Shown in pieces: positions 18,447 through 29,059 of a stretch of 64,000 nt of DNA. Position 1 is the first letter of the stretch. Each line of letters starts with the position of its first letter. A program made the position numbers and the translations under genes. A model generated the notes under the pieces. It did no database searches. It was not told where the DNA came from and was given only the letters and a program-made list of their open reading frames with translations. The DNA comes from Coprothermobacterota bacterium (GTDB taxonomy: Bacteria > Coprothermobacterota > Coprothermobacteria > Coprothermobacterales > Coprothermobacteraceae), in NCBI GenBank assembly GCA_036679065.1, contig JAZIGN010000003.1:352001-416000 (forward strand). The letters are read 5' to 3'.

Positions 18447-18869
18447 ATGACTATAAAGGAAAACAACGGGATAATTGCTGTGAGGCTCCATGATGGAGAC
18501 AAATTCATGGAAAGCCTAAAAGCAGTCGCCAAAGATTGTGGTGTCAATAGTGCAGTTTTGCATGGGATAGGGCTGTTTAAGAACGCTGAGCTGGGTTACT
18601 TTAACGGACACGAGTATGTGACCAAGAGTTTCTATCAGCAACTGATGGAAGTTATTTCCTTGGAAGGGAACATAAGCATGGCTGAAAATGGGGCTGAGGT
18701 TGTTATCCATGCTCACTGCGTCTTAGGGCTACCTGACTATTCTTTAATTGGCGGCCACTTAATGGACGGAACATTTTTCAACGGTGAGTTATTCATTCAA
18801 AAACTTGAAGGAGTAAAATTGGTTAGAAAAAGTGAACCGAGTGGGCTAAACGGTTTGTGGGTTGAGTAA
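18447..18869 (+). CDS. PPC-domain (DUF296) protein
   Basis: VRLHDGD, GIG, EVISLEGNIS, HAH and GGHL motifs; RBS AGGAG. Confidence 0.9.
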   Translation: MTIKENNGIIAVRLHDGDKFMESLKAVAKDCGVNSAVLHGIGLFKNAELGYFNGHEYVTKSFYQQLMEVISLEGNISMAENGAEVVIHAHCVLGLPDYSLIGGHLMDGTFFNGELFIQKLEGVKLVRKSEPSGLNGLWVE

Positions 18870-18981
18870 CTTGTGAGTAGTAAGCTATAAGTTAGCTAAA
18901 GTATGTGCCTGGTCATTGGAACATGCTTGAGGTATGTTTAGTCTTGTGTAATTAGACATTCTTGAAAGGAAAAAGGATAAG

Positions 18982-19800
18982 TTGAGAAAAACAAGAAAGG
19001 TTTTGGTTGTGGTTTTTGCGTTGTTTTTCTTTTGGCTTTTTGAAAATTTCAAAATTGTTGTGTCTGTAACCACCATAAGCAGTCCGAAAATTAGGAGCAC
19101 GGTCACCATTGTACAGATCTCGGACCTTCACGGATACAGTTTTGGTTTAGATAACAACTATTTGTTGCGAGCTATTGAAAAGCAGCAGCCAGACATTGTA
19201 GCTGTAACTGGTGACTTGTTTAACCGTGGAGACAACAGAGGAAAGGCAAAGGCACTCAACTTGATAAAGGTGTTGTCTGAAGAATACCCTGTGTACTATG
19301 TGCGCGGCGAACACGAAGGATCATCCAGCGTAGACGATATCGGCGATGCAGGTGCTACAGTGCTTGAATATGAAAGGGTAGATGTAAAGGTAGGCGAAAC
19401 TCCTATAAGTATCTATGGTTGCCCTACTACGGGTTATTATTCCTCAGCAGACAATGTGCTGGAAGCAATTAAGGTTGAAGATAACAATAATTACAACATT
19501 CTTTTGGCCCATATCTTCTATGAAGAGGTGTTCGATAAGTGGAAAGGCGATCTTATACTTTCTGGAGACACCCATGGCGGTAGTATTAGATTGCCCTTCC
19601 TTGGACCTTTGAAATACAATGGCATAACACTTCCAAAATTGTCTTACAACGGACCTGTGTACGATAAAGGTTTGTTCAATCTGGGAGATAAGTATCTCTA
19701 CGTTTCACCGGGACTGGGTAATTTTCCTTTACCGTTAAGACTTTTTAATCACCCTGAGCTAACTGTTATCAAACTAGTTAGCAGTACTCAAGGAAATTAA
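18982..19800 (+). CDS. Membrane-anchored metallophosphoesterase (YkuE-like)
   Basis: QISDLH, TGDL, GEHE, LLAH, LSGDTHGG and VSPGLG motifs. Confidence 0.88.
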   Translation: MRKTRKVLVVVFALFFFWLFENFKIVVSVTTISSPKIRSTVTIVQISDLHGYSFGLDNNYLLRAIEKQQPDIVAVTGDLFNRGDNRGKAKALNLIKVLSEEYPVYYVRGEHEGSSSVDDIGDAGATVLEYERVDVKVGETPISIYGCPTTGYYSSADNVLEAIKVEDNNNYNILLAHIFYEEVFDKWKGDLILSGDTHGGSIRLPFLGPLKYNGITLPKLSYNGPVYDKGLFNLGDKYLYVSPGLGNFPLPLRLFNHPELTVIKLVSSTQGN

Positions 19801-20248
19801 GCTTTCCGAGAGTATAAGGGTGAACCAAAGTCAGACATGACCAAAGAAGTAGCACGTGCCAAACTTGCCTTTATGACTAGTAGCCCAGCGCACTTTGCTT
19901 CTTTAAAGACAATAGATTGATGTTTGAAGAAGCTGAGAGGTTGCCAATAGAATAACTTCAACCGAGATTGGGAAATGTGCTTTGGCTTCTGCTCTCCTCC
20001 GGTATCTTTATTGCATTAGTGGTTTTAAGTTCCCTGTTCACAGCTACTTTCAGCGCTTTCCGTTATGTTGCCGCCATTGGCTCATCGCAATAGCCATTTA
20101 TGAGATCATGAAGTACTTTTTAGCGACTCAACTGGCAAGCACTGAGCATGTCCTGAATAGGTCTGAGGCAAACCGCTTCATCAGCGCGCACTATCTGACA
20201 GTCTGGACTGTTGAGCCTCAGGAAACCACGATGAATGTTATCAGAATG

Positions 20249-20312
20249 TTGACAGCCGTAGGCTCTTACGATAAACTGGAATCATGTTTGTTATATTGAC
20301 GGTTATCTATGT
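20249..20312 (+). promoter_or_regulatory. Promoter and probable ArsR operator
   Basis: TTGACA(20249)-17 bp-TAAACT(20272). Imperfect inverted repeat ATATTGAC-GGTT-ATCTATGT at 20293-20312. Confidence 0.6.
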
Positions 20313-20326
20313 GAGGTGGTTCAACT

Positions 20327-20644
20327 ACGGAACATTACGATGAATACCTTAAAGTCTTTAGGGCACTTTCAGACAGGACACGTCTAGAAATATTGAGCTT
20401 GTTGAATGATGGAGAAAAGTGTGCGTGCAAACTACTTGAAAAGCTCTCTATTAGCCAACCCACCTTGTCTCATCATATGAAAATCCTTTGTGACTCCGGT
20501 TTGGTGAAAAGCAGAAACGAGGGAAAGTGGGTCCACTATTCCATCGACTCTGCTGGCTTCGCCTTAGCTCAACAATTCTTGGGGCAATTGAGCCGCTTTA
20601 ACATAGCGGATCCAGTGTGTTGTTCCAAAAGCTCAATTGCTTAG
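20327..20644 (+). CDS. arsR: ArsR/SmtB-family repressor; apparent start codon reads ACG
   Basis: Homology (KVFRALSDRTRLEILSLL...GEKCACKL...SQPTLSHHMKIL) extends 22 codons upstream of the tracked start, to ACG at 20327 just after RBS GAGGTGG. In-frame TGA at 20312. Confidence 0.85.
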   Translation, partial: TEHYDEYLKVFRALSDRTRLEILSLLNDGEKCACKLLEKLSISQPTLSHHMKILCDSGLVKSRNEGKWVHYSIDSAGFALAQQFLGQLSRFNIADPVCCSKSSIA

Positions 20645-20655
20645 GAGAATAAGGG

Positions 20656-21678
20656 TTGATCGCTGTGCAGGTATTGGCGGCCGTCTGGTCATTTATTCAG
20701 AATCAAATACTCGGCATGAAATGGCTCAGCAGTGTTGTCTATAGCGTTCTTAACGCCCTGGGTCTAGACATGAATACAAGGGTTGGTGGCGTGATTCATT
20801 TTTTCGTTTATGATCTCGCGAAAATCTTTCTGCTTTTATCAGTCCTTATCTTTGTAATATCCTATGTCCAAAGCTATTTCCCACCGGAAAGGACGAAGAA
20901 AATTGTCGGACGTTCCCACGGAATATGGGCTAACATACTTGCGGCTCTACTTGGTACTGTTACGCCTTTTTGTTCTTGTTCCTCTATACCGCTTTTCATT
21001 GGATTCACTAACGCAGGCCTTCCCGTTGGAGTTACTTTTTCTTTTCTCATTTCGTCACCTTTGGTGGATCTCGGATCTTTGGTGTTGCTAATGAGCATTT
21101 TCGGCTTAAGAGTGGCGGTAATGTATGTGGTTATTGGCGTTCTTCTTGCTGTGGTAGGCGGGACTCTTATCGAGGCTTTTGGTATGGATAAGCACGTTTA
21201 CTCGTTTGTAAAAGATACCAAAGCAGCGGACATTGATTCTCCAAGCTTAACCGTGGCTGATCGCCTTATCTTCGCACGAGATCAGGTAAGGGACATTGTG
21301 CACCGCGTGGGCCGTTACGTTGTACTCGGTGTAGCTATCGGTGCTGTTATCCATAACGTTATTCCTGCTACTTGGATATCTTCTATCCTCGGTCGTAAGA
21401 ACAATGGAGCTGTGATTCTTGCAACTCTTGTGGGTGTGCCCATTTACGGAGATATCTTTGGTTCCATTCCTGTAGCTGAGAGCCTCTTTGCAAAAGGCGC
21501 AGGTTTGGGCACGGTATTGTCTTTCATGATGGCGGTGACGGCACTTAGTTTACCTTCTATGGTTATGCTAAGCAAGGTTGTAAAACTCAAATTGCTGGTT
21601 TTATTCATCGCCATAGTAAGCGGTGGCATCATGGTTGTAGGCTACATTTTTAATGCGCTCCAAGCGGTGTTGATTTGA
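20656..21678 (+). CDS. arsP: ArsP/DUF318-family permease
   Basis: TPFCSCSSIP, FSFLISSP and LSLPS motifs; follows arsR. Confidence 0.85.
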   Translation: MIAVQVLAAVWSFIQNQILGMKWLSSVVYSVLNALGLDMNTRVGGVIHFFVYDLAKIFLLLSVLIFVISYVQSYFPPERTKKIVGRSHGIWANILAALLGTVTPFCSCSSIPLFIGFTNAGLPVGVTFSFLISSPLVDLGSLVLLMSIFGLRVAVMYVVIGVLLAVVGGTLIEAFGMDKHVYSFVKDTKAADIDSPSLTVADRLIFARDQVRDIVHRVGRYVVLGVAIGAVIHNVIPATWISSILGRKNNGAVILATLVGVPIYGDIFGSIPVAESLFAKGAGLGTVLSFMMAVTALSLPSMVMLSKVVKLKLLVLFIAIVSGGIMVVGYIFNALQAVLI

Positions 21679-21722
21679 CATATTGTTCGAAAACATTTCA
21701 GAACGAAAGGGGAGTGTAAACT

Positions 21723-22082
21723 GTGGAGATGCATCAAGAGAAACCAGAGGATCAAACGAGCAGCTTCAGTGAAGGAACTCCAAATTTAAATCACGAGCAG
21801 GAGAATTGTGTTCGTAACGATTCAAATCCGGTCGTTCTGTCTGTTAAGGTGTTAGGTCCGGGATGTGCGCGATGCAAAGCGCTGGAGGCCAATACCAAGT
21901 CGGCTTTGGACAAGCTGGGCCTCAAAGCAGATTTTAACCATGTTACAGATTTTTCTCAAATTGCAGCTTATGGAATCATGAGCACTCCGGCTCTTGTTAT
22001 CAATGAAAAGGTTGTTTCCTTCGGAAGAGTTTTGAGTGCTGAAGAGGTCGTAAAGATATTGAGGTCTGAGCTACAACTTTAG
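21723..22082 (+). CDS. Small redox-active disulfide (thioredoxin-like) protein
   Basis: VKVLGPGCARC...YGIMSTPALVINEKV. Confidence 0.88.
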   Translation: MEMHQEKPEDQTSSFSEGTPNLNHEQENCVRNDSNPVVLSVKVLGPGCARCKALEANTKSALDKLGLKADFNHVTDFSQIAAYGIMSTPALVINEKVVSFGRVLSAEEVVKILRSELQL

Positions 22083-22358
22083 ATGTACTTTAATCTATTT
22101 CTCTGACAGAAGGGCGCTTTGCAAAAAACTTGTCGCTGTGAGTTGCTATGTAAGCGACTGCATATGACACGATTGCATATCTTGTCGGGGGTAGGTATGA
22201 GATATGTGTTTATGTCAATTCGGGTTAGTTGAATGACATGCTACTGCGAAGAAATTAACTTTAAAGCTTAAAATGGGGACAATAATGTTGATAATTTGTA
22301 GGAAAAAAGGAATGCTGAATGGGAACTTTGCAGAACTTGATATGCAGTTTTAACATCT

Positions 22359-23414
22359 TTATCCTACGATGTATTTGCCCCAAGGAGTAGCTTCCAGCCA
22401 TTTGGTTATTATGTAGGACAACGAATAGATGATGAAAAAGACGAGTATGTCGTAAAGTATGGCGTTTGCCGTGGCGTAGATGCGATTCATGATGAACAAA
22501 AACAGTGGATGCATGAGAAATATACCGAAGGAGAGCTGTCCAGCTCTTTCAAAAAACCTGATGTTGACTTTCTTAGATACGTATAGAAGCAACAAAGGTG
22601 TGGACGAAACATATATGTACCACCAAAGGTTAACTATGCCTGATGAAACGAGCTGACCTATATTTGAAAGATGATAGCAATAGGTATATAAAACACCTGA
22701 AACCAGGGCAACGGGCAGAAATATGGTAACGTGTCTCTCTCTTTTGCAGTATTCCTCGTAATTTTCACCAATCCAGACGCCTACGAGTATAACCGCTAAG
22801 TACCAGATCATCAGGCGTGTACCTCTGGGGAAGTAATGTATGATGTAGAACTCGTATAAGTAATAACAAGCTACCTGAACTCCTATGGAAATCAGGAGAA
22901 TCTGTCGGAACCTTATGTTTAAGTGTGACACTACGTACGTTATGAAAGGCAACAATATGTACACTTGCAGTATAACGATAACGAAATAAAGGTGGTAATA
23001 CCCATCACCCCTAACAAGGAGGTTAAAATAGTTTCCCAAGTTAACTGCTACTGTCCCGTTTGATTCAATGTGCTTCACGACAAGGTATACCAGCGTCCAT
23101 ATCAGATAAGGCGGAATGACGCGCACGAAGCGTTTTCTATAAAAGGTTTTTAGTTTTTCGGTGGTCATACTTCGAAAGCCGTCCCCATGGATATATGAAA
23201 GAAGCACGGAGCTTGCGAAAATGAAGGTGGGGACAGCAAACTGCGAAAGCCTGTTTAGGATAAGATAAACAAAATAAGAAGTTGAGGTGGGGTCAAAGGT
23301 ACCCACGCCATGGCTTGTAACATGTATGAGTACTACCGCTGTAATACTAAGCCCTTTTAAAACATCAAATTCCCTAAGTCTTTTCATTGGCCCAAACCTA
23401 TTCAATTGTAACAA
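22359..23414 (-). CDS. Acyltransferase family 3 membrane protein
   Basis: FDVLKG...VVLIH, FAVPTF, KRFVRVIPPY, YYHLYF and SFGIFLMHP. Start may be ATG at 23387. Confidence 0.88.
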   Translation of the reverse strand: MLQLNRFGPMKRLREFDVLKGLSITAVVLIHVTSHGVGTFDPTSTSYFVYLILNRLSQFAVPTFIFASSVLLSYIHGDGFRSMTTEKLKTFYRKRFVRVIPPYLIWTLVYLVVKHIESNGTVAVNLGNYFNLLVRGDGYYHLYFVIVILQVYILLPFITYVVSHLNIRFRQILLISIGVQVACYYLYEFYIIHYFPRGTRLMIWYLAVILVGVWIGENYEEYCKRERHVTIFLPVALVSGVLYTYCYHLSNIGQLVSSGIVNLWWYIYVSSTPLLLLYVSKKVNIRFFERAGQLSFGIFLMHPLFLFIMNRIYATANAILYDILVFFIIYSLSYIITKWLEATPWGKYIVG

Positions 23415-23927
23415 CAGTTTTGTAATGACTTATGGGTAAGCTTAAAACCTAGGTAGATGCTACTTATTTGGTCTATGCAGAGGGACTTTACTTCTCCTGA
23501 GTAGGCTTAAAGGGCTACGAAATTCCGTTGCTGTGCAGGTTGTCTGGTTGCCCAGCACCCAAAGTTCTTCACGGTGACATCCATTTTTACACTAAAAATC
23601 TAGCAGGTGGCGATGTTTGCCGTTGCTCCCTTTAGGTTTCTTGCGTTTGTCTATGGAATGTCGATGATCGGTAAAACACGCTCTCAGAACAGAAAACATT
23701 CCAGGTGTTAAGCTACGGTTCTTCGCCTTTATCCACTGCTAGTTAATACTATGCGCTCCTTCGTTACGAAACGGGTCATGTAAGCGCCTGAGGCAAGTAC
23801 AGCAGCGATAATGACTAAATACAAAATCAGGATTTGTTGGTATGTAGCTCATTGGATAGTACTCTTTCTTCCTAATACTCTCTATGCTCAAATACTAGTC
23901 AAACATATACGGGTATTGTAGAGAAAC

Positions 23928-24401
23928 GTTAGGCAGAATGATTTTGTATTCAACATGACTATAAAGGAGAACATTTTGTTAGATGATGAATTTACAGAAG
24001 AAGAATTCTTTGACGCGGTACGGAAGTCAAAGGTGGACAAGTTCGTTTACTTATTAGAGAACGGATACGATACGGTAGTCGGGGAAAGAGGTGGAAAGCT
24101 GTCTGATGGGCAAAGGCAAAGAATTGCCATAGCGAGAGCCGTAATAAGGAAGCCAAAGATTTTGGTGCTTGATGAAGCAACATCGGGAGTGGATTCACAA
24201 ACAGAAGAAGAGATATTTGATGAACTAAAAGAGGAAGACATGACCTTAATAATCATTTCTCACAGGCTTTCCACTATAAGAAAAGCGGATAGAGTGCTAG
24301 TACTTAATGAAGGACGCGTGGTAGAAGAAGGAACACATGAGGAACTCATGGCTAGCTCTTGCGTCTACAAAGACATTATTGAAAGCCAATTAGTCGTGTA
24401 A
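23928..24401 (+). pseudogene. 3' fragment of an ABC exporter ATPase domain
   Basis: Begins at the Q-loop (VRQNDFVFNMTIKENI) after an in-frame TAG. Has signature LSDGQRQR, Walker B LVLDEATS and H-loop, but no Walker A or TM domain. Confidence 0.85.
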
Positions 24402-24406
24402 AAGGC

Positions 24407-24432
24407 AAGGGGCCACTTAGTAGTGGCCCCTT
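24407..24432. terminator. Hairpin between convergent genes
   Basis: AAGGGGCCACT-TAGT-AGTGGCCCCTT, perfect 11-bp stem. Confidence 0.75.
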
Positions 24433-24455
24433 CTAGTTTCTTAGGGCAGGTTTCT

Positions 24456-26342
24456 TTATATGGGTGCTCCGAAAACTTCTGCTTCTTCCACAAGTCCAAG
24501 CCTCTTTAGGTGCATTTTCGTAGGGACACCTTCTTTAGACCAGCCTCTTGCCATGTAATACTGATCCAGCATGTCCTGAAGTTCTTCTTCAGAAACATAG
24601 CTCCCCTTGGTTACACCGTTGGATATGGGTTCATGGGTAACGCGATATGGTAGATAATCGTCCTTTCTTGTAAAACCTTCTCGTATGTTGAAAAGCCTCT
24701 GCAGGTTGTAAATTCTTTCACCTATGGCCATGAGTTGTTCAATCGTAAACCTTATGCCTGTTACTGCTTCTATTGCATCAACAACATCTTCCTCCAACCA
24801 GAAAAGGCTACGTGAGAATTTGCATAAACCAAGGACATCGTATACGGTCATGAAATCTTCACCGGTCTTTACTTCGTAGCCTTTCCATTCTGAAGAGAGC
24901 CTGTCAATGTTGCTAAATTCCCAGAAAGAACCTGTAAGCTCGGGAGCATAAATTCCACCTGTGAGATGGCAAGCACCTCTGACCGAAACTGCTAAGGCCA
25001 ACGCCATGCCTTTGAGGCCTCTAACATCGTATGCAGGTGGTTCTAAACCTTTAACTTCCAAAGCAAATTTCTCAGAACCTTTACCAAGCTTACGAGAAGC
25101 TTCTTTGACACCATTGGATAGAAGTTCTCCCAATTTTCCTTCTCGATTAGCGAGTTTTTCCATGGCTGCTACGGCAGCATCACTGTTTCCGAATCTTAAG
25201 TCAAGGCCGTCGGTGTCTTCCTTTGTGAGCAGACCTCTTTCATAGGCTTCCATGGCCCATGCAAGAGTGACTCCAGCGGAAATACCATCGAGACCTGCCC
25301 TATCGCAGATGCTATTGAGTTTTGCTGTCACTTCTATGTCATCTATGCCCAGTGCACCACCTAAGGAATAGAGAAGCTCGTACTCCACTCCTTCGACCCG
25401 GAGTGGTGCATATTTGCCTTCTTTAAAGACAATATGTCTACCACAGGGTTTATTGCAGTTAGGACAAGGATGGTGCTTTTCTGTGTATAGAGGAGCCCAG
25501 TAATATGGATCTAAGGGTGACTTGCCATCAGGGTGAGCGTTAAAGCTGTCTTCAAAGTAGCTCTGTTGCCAATTTTTAACAGGGAAAACACCCATTATTT
25601 TGTTCACCCATTCGTAGAATTCACCAGACCCATATTTCATATCAAGCTCCTGTACGGGGCTGCCGACTATTTTTTGGTTCCATTTCTTTATGGTTTCTCG
25701 CAAAGCTTCCACGTTGGCATAGGGAATGTTCTTAGTTCCTCTCACAGCTATGGCTTTTAGCATTTTGCTGCCCATCACAGCTCCGCCACCAGCTCTGCCT
25801 GCTTGCCGTTCTTCAAAATCAACGCCGGAAATCTTAGAAAGTTTCTCGCCAGCATAACCAATAGCGCCAGTTCTTACGTTTCCAAGTTCTGCCTTTAAAA
25901 GCTCTTGTGTTTCTATGGCGTCTTTTCCCCAAAGATGGGAAGCATCTCTTATTTCAACGTGGTCGTCGTCAATAAACAAGTAGACAGGTTTGTCGCTTTT
26001 CCCTTTTATGACTAATGCATCGTAGCCGGCTTTCTTAAGCTCGACTCCCAAGTATGCACCCGCTACGCTTCTCCCAAAACCGTTAGTGAGAGGTGACTTA
26101 AAGGTAAGAGTGGTTTTAGAAGCAGTGGGAAGACCGCTGCCAACCAACAGTCCTGGTGCTATGACAAGAACATTTTCCTCTGAAAGAGCATCTATTTGAG
26201 GTCTGGTTTGGTCAAAAAGCAAACGTGTTGCTAGGCCCAAACCCCCAAGATAATCGTACATTGTTTTGTCTTCGATAGGTCGCACTTCCACTGTTTTGGA
26301 GGAAAGATCGACCTCAAGTACCTTACCCAATGTGCCTTTCAC
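24456..26342 (-). CDS. aor: Aldehyde:ferredoxin oxidoreductase family (tungstopterin)
   Basis: YLGGLG, KSPLT, LKKAGYDA, GRAGGGAVMGSKMLKAI, CPNC..PC, EYE, CDRAGLD, RGACH and GLCKF motifs. Confidence 0.93.
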   Translation of the reverse strand: MKGTLGKVLEVDLSSKTVEVRPIEDKTMYDYLGGLGLATRLLFDQTRPQIDALSEENVLVIAPGLLVGSGLPTASKTTLTFKSPLTNGFGRSVAGAYLGVELKKAGYDALVIKGKSDKPVYLFIDDDHVEIRDASHLWGKDAIETQELLKAELGNVRTGAIGYAGEKLSKISGVDFEERQAGRAGGGAVMGSKMLKAIAVRGTKNIPYANVEALRETIKKWNQKIVGSPVQELDMKYGSGEFYEWVNKIMGVFPVKNWQQSYFEDSFNAHPDGKSPLDPYYWAPLYTEKHHPCPNCNKPCGRHIVFKEGKYAPLRVEGVEYELLYSLGGALGIDDIEVTAKLNSICDRAGLDGISAGVTLAWAMEAYERGLLTKEDTDGLDLRFGNSDAAVAAMEKLANREGKLGELLSNGVKEASRKLGKGSEKFALEVKGLEPPAYDVRGLKGMALALAVSVRGACHLTGGIYAPELTGSFWEFSNIDRLSSEWKGYEVKTGEDFMTVYDVLGLCKFSRSLFWLEEDVVDAIEAVTGIRFTIEQLMAIGERIYNLQRLFNIREGFTRKDDYLPYRVTHEPISNGVTKGSYVSEEELQDMLDQYYMARGWSKEGVPTKMHLKRLGLVEEAEVFGAPI

Positions 26343-26569
26343 AGTTACCTACCTCCCTATGACTTGTTGCTTAAACTACTATTAAAGATAACACTTTTTA
26401 GTGCTGTTCTGTACGTTTCCTGATAGGGAGAAAACCCGGAGGGCTTTTAAGTTGTGTACAAAGCAGAAATCAAAGTCTCTTTTTTCTAATTCATGGGGGA
26501 ATTATCAAAACCTTAAAAAGAAATGGGACCCTGACATCGGGAGTCCCACTTCTTTAACATAGGAGGTGA

Positions 26570-27742
26570 TTAGACTCTCTCTACAATCAGAGCAATTCCT
26601 TGTCCGCCACCGATACAAAGAGAAACACAACCAAGTTTGGCTTGGCGATTTCGTAGCTCATAAAGTATTTTTGTGACGAGCATGGCACCCGACGCTCCAA
26701 TGGGGTGGCCCAAAGCTACCGCACCACCATTGACGTTAAGTTTTTCTTCGGGAATACTTAGCTCTCTTTGTACCACAATGGCAATGGCTGCGAAAGCTTC
26801 GTTTATTTCAAATAGATCAATATCATTAATAGAAAGAGAAGCTTTTTCTAATGCGTTTTTCACGGCAGGTATGGGTGCTATGCCGAAGAAATTGGGGTCC
26901 ACTGCGGAAACAGCGTAGGACAAAATCCTACCAAAGACCGGCAAGTTGAACTTATTAGCAACTTTTTCATTGGACAAGACCATGGCAGCTGCCCCAGAGT
27001 TCAGTGATGGTGCGTTACCTGCGGTTATGGTGCCACCTTCTTTGAAAGCCGGTCTTAGTTTCGCAAGTCTTTCTAATGTGGTATCAGGGCGCACATTTTC
27101 GTCCACCTGGAAAACGAATTCTTTTGATACCTGAATCGGGACAATTTGTGAGGAGAACTTACCTTCTTGTATGGCTTTTGCGGCTTTCATGTGACTTTCA
27201 TATGCAAATTGATCTTGTTCTTCTCTGGTCACTCCGTATTTGGGGACCAAATACTCATCGGTAATTAGACCTGAGTGCTTCCCAGTGAAGGCGTCGTTTA
27301 GTCCATCCATGAGCATGGCGTCATATAGTGTTGTGTCGCCCATACGAGCACCGTATCTTCCGTTTGAGAGGATGTAAGGCGCCTTATCCATGTTTTCCAT
27401 GCCACCTGCAAGAACGCAAGAGGCATAGCCAGATTGTATTTCCATGGCTGCCGTTATCACAGCTTGCAACCCGGAGCCGCAAACTCTATTCACCACCATG
27501 GCGGGTACCGAGTCACTTATTCCACCATAAATGGCGGCTTGTCTGGCAGCATTCATTTTTTCCCCAGCCTGGATGACGTTACCAAGTACAACGTCATCAA
27601 AAGCGTCAGGCGGTAGATGTGTTTCTTCAAGAATTGCGTTTATGACTTTGCCTGCAATCTCAGGTGCCGGTATATCTTTCAAGCTTCCTCCAAATTTGCT
27701 AATAGCTGTTCGAAGCGGCATACTTATAAAAACTTCGTTCAT
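26570..27742 (-). CDS. Acetyl-CoA C-acetyltransferase (thiolase)
   Basis: NRVCGSG, NEAFA, GHPIGASG and CIGGGQG motifs. Confidence 0.95.
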   Translation of the reverse strand: MNEVFISMPLRTAISKFGGSLKDIPAPEIAGKVINAILEETHLPPDAFDDVVLGNVIQAGEKMNAARQAAIYGGISDSVPAMVVNRVCGSGLQAVITAAMEIQSGYASCVLAGGMENMDKAPYILSNGRYGARMGDTTLYDAMLMDGLNDAFTGKHSGLITDEYLVPKYGVTREEQDQFAYESHMKAAKAIQEGKFSSQIVPIQVSKEFVFQVDENVRPDTTLERLAKLRPAFKEGGTITAGNAPSLNSGAAAMVLSNEKVANKFNLPVFGRILSYAVSAVDPNFFGIAPIPAVKNALEKASLSINDIDLFEINEAFAAIAIVVQRELSIPEEKLNVNGGAVALGHPIGASGAMLVTKILYELRNRQAKLGCVSLCIGGGQGIALIVERV

Positions 27743-27760
27743 TGAGCTTTTCCTCCCTTT

Positions 27761-29059
27761 TCAGATGAAGCCAAGTTTTTCGGCTTCTGTTTTCAGGTAA
27801 TCTCGAAAGTTCGGATGCGCTGTGCGGATCATTTCCAATGTTCTTTCTCTGAGAGATTTACCTCTTAAATGTGCTACCCCGTATTCCGTGATTATGTAGT
27901 CCACATCATGTCTGGGAATGGTGACAAAGCTTCCCTGAGGTAATGTGGGAACAATGGTAGAAATGGTGTCGTTCTTTACACTGGATCTCATGGCAATAAT
28001 GGCTTTTCCACCTTCGGACATTATTGCACCGCGGTGCATGTCCAATTGGCCACCAGTACCGGTGTACTGCTGATGGCCGAATGCCTCTGAACACACTTGT
28101 CCAGTAAGATCCACACTTAACGCAGTATTTATGCTTACCATTTTTTTATTCTTGGCTACTATGTAAGGGTCGTTAACAATACGACCACGATGTATTTCAA
28201 CAGCCAGATTGTTGTCCACAAAATCGTAAAGCCGCTGTGTTCCCATGACAAATGACGCGATGCACTTGTCTTTCCATAAAGACTTCTGGGAGTTTGTGAT
28301 GACTCCAGCTTCAATAAGATCAACTATGCCTTCTGTCATCAACTCGGTGTGGACCCCAAGCTCCTTCTTATCGGTTAAGAACTGGGCAATGGCGTTAGGT
28401 ATTCCTCCAATACCAAGCTGAATGGTGGAGCCATTTTCTATGAGATCTGCTATGAATTCACCAATCTTTTTCTCTACTTCACTAGCTTCAGCCGAAGGGA
28501 CTTCGATGAGTGGAGCATTGTACTCATAAAGAAAGTCCACGTCGTTTATGTGAACAACAGTATCCCCATGAGTTCTGGGTAGGTTTTCATTGATTTCTAA
28601 TATGACCATGTCTGCATGTTCTAAGATATCTTTTTCGTAGACATTGCCCAGGGCCAAGGACATGCAGCCTTTGTTGTCCATGGGGGTGGCAGAACCACAA
28701 TAAATGTTCACTCTTCTAGCTTGCATTAGGTCAGTTGCAGCCATGTGCAGGTTATTGGGAATGTAAGTGGCCTTGCCTTCTTTAAACAGAGCTCTCTCAT
28801 AATTTCCCAGATACCATGTCTCTGACCTAAAGGGTGAATGTTCTTTGTCAACGTGCTTGTAGTATTCATACTCCATGAGCAGGAGGCAGGAAACTACTGT
28901 TACATCTTGAACCGAGTCTTTTATGAGGTGTAAGTTAGATAGTAGCCCAACTGGTTCTGCGGCTGCCATCCCCACAACCAGGGAGTCACCTGATTCTATC
29001 TTGGAAAGAACCCCTTCTATGTCCAATAATTTTTGGTTATAGATTTCTTTGTAATTCAT
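27761..29059 (-). CDS. Acetyl-CoA hydrolase/transferase family (4-hydroxybutyrate CoA-transferase-like)
   Basis: TIQLGIGGIP, GVHTE, SINTALSVDLTGQ, GTGGQLD and TEYGVAHLRG. Confidence 0.92.
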   Translation of the reverse strand: MNYKEIYNQKLLDIEGVLSKIESGDSLVVGMAAAEPVGLLSNLHLIKDSVQDVTVVSCLLLMEYEYYKHVDKEHSPFRSETWYLGNYERALFKEGKATYIPNNLHMAATDLMQARRVNIYCGSATPMDNKGCMSLALGNVYEKDILEHADMVILEINENLPRTHGDTVVHINDVDFLYEYNAPLIEVPSAEASEVEKKIGEFIADLIENGSTIQLGIGGIPNAIAQFLTDKKELGVHTELMTEGIVDLIEAGVITNSQKSLWKDKCIASFVMGTQRLYDFVDNNLAVEIHRGRIVNDPYIVAKNKKMVSINTALSVDLTGQVCSEAFGHQQYTGTGGQLDMHRGAIMSEGGKAIIAMRSSVKNDTISTIVPTLPQGSFVTIPRHDVDYIITEYGVAHLRGKSLRERTLEMIRTAHPNFRDYLKTEAEKLGFI

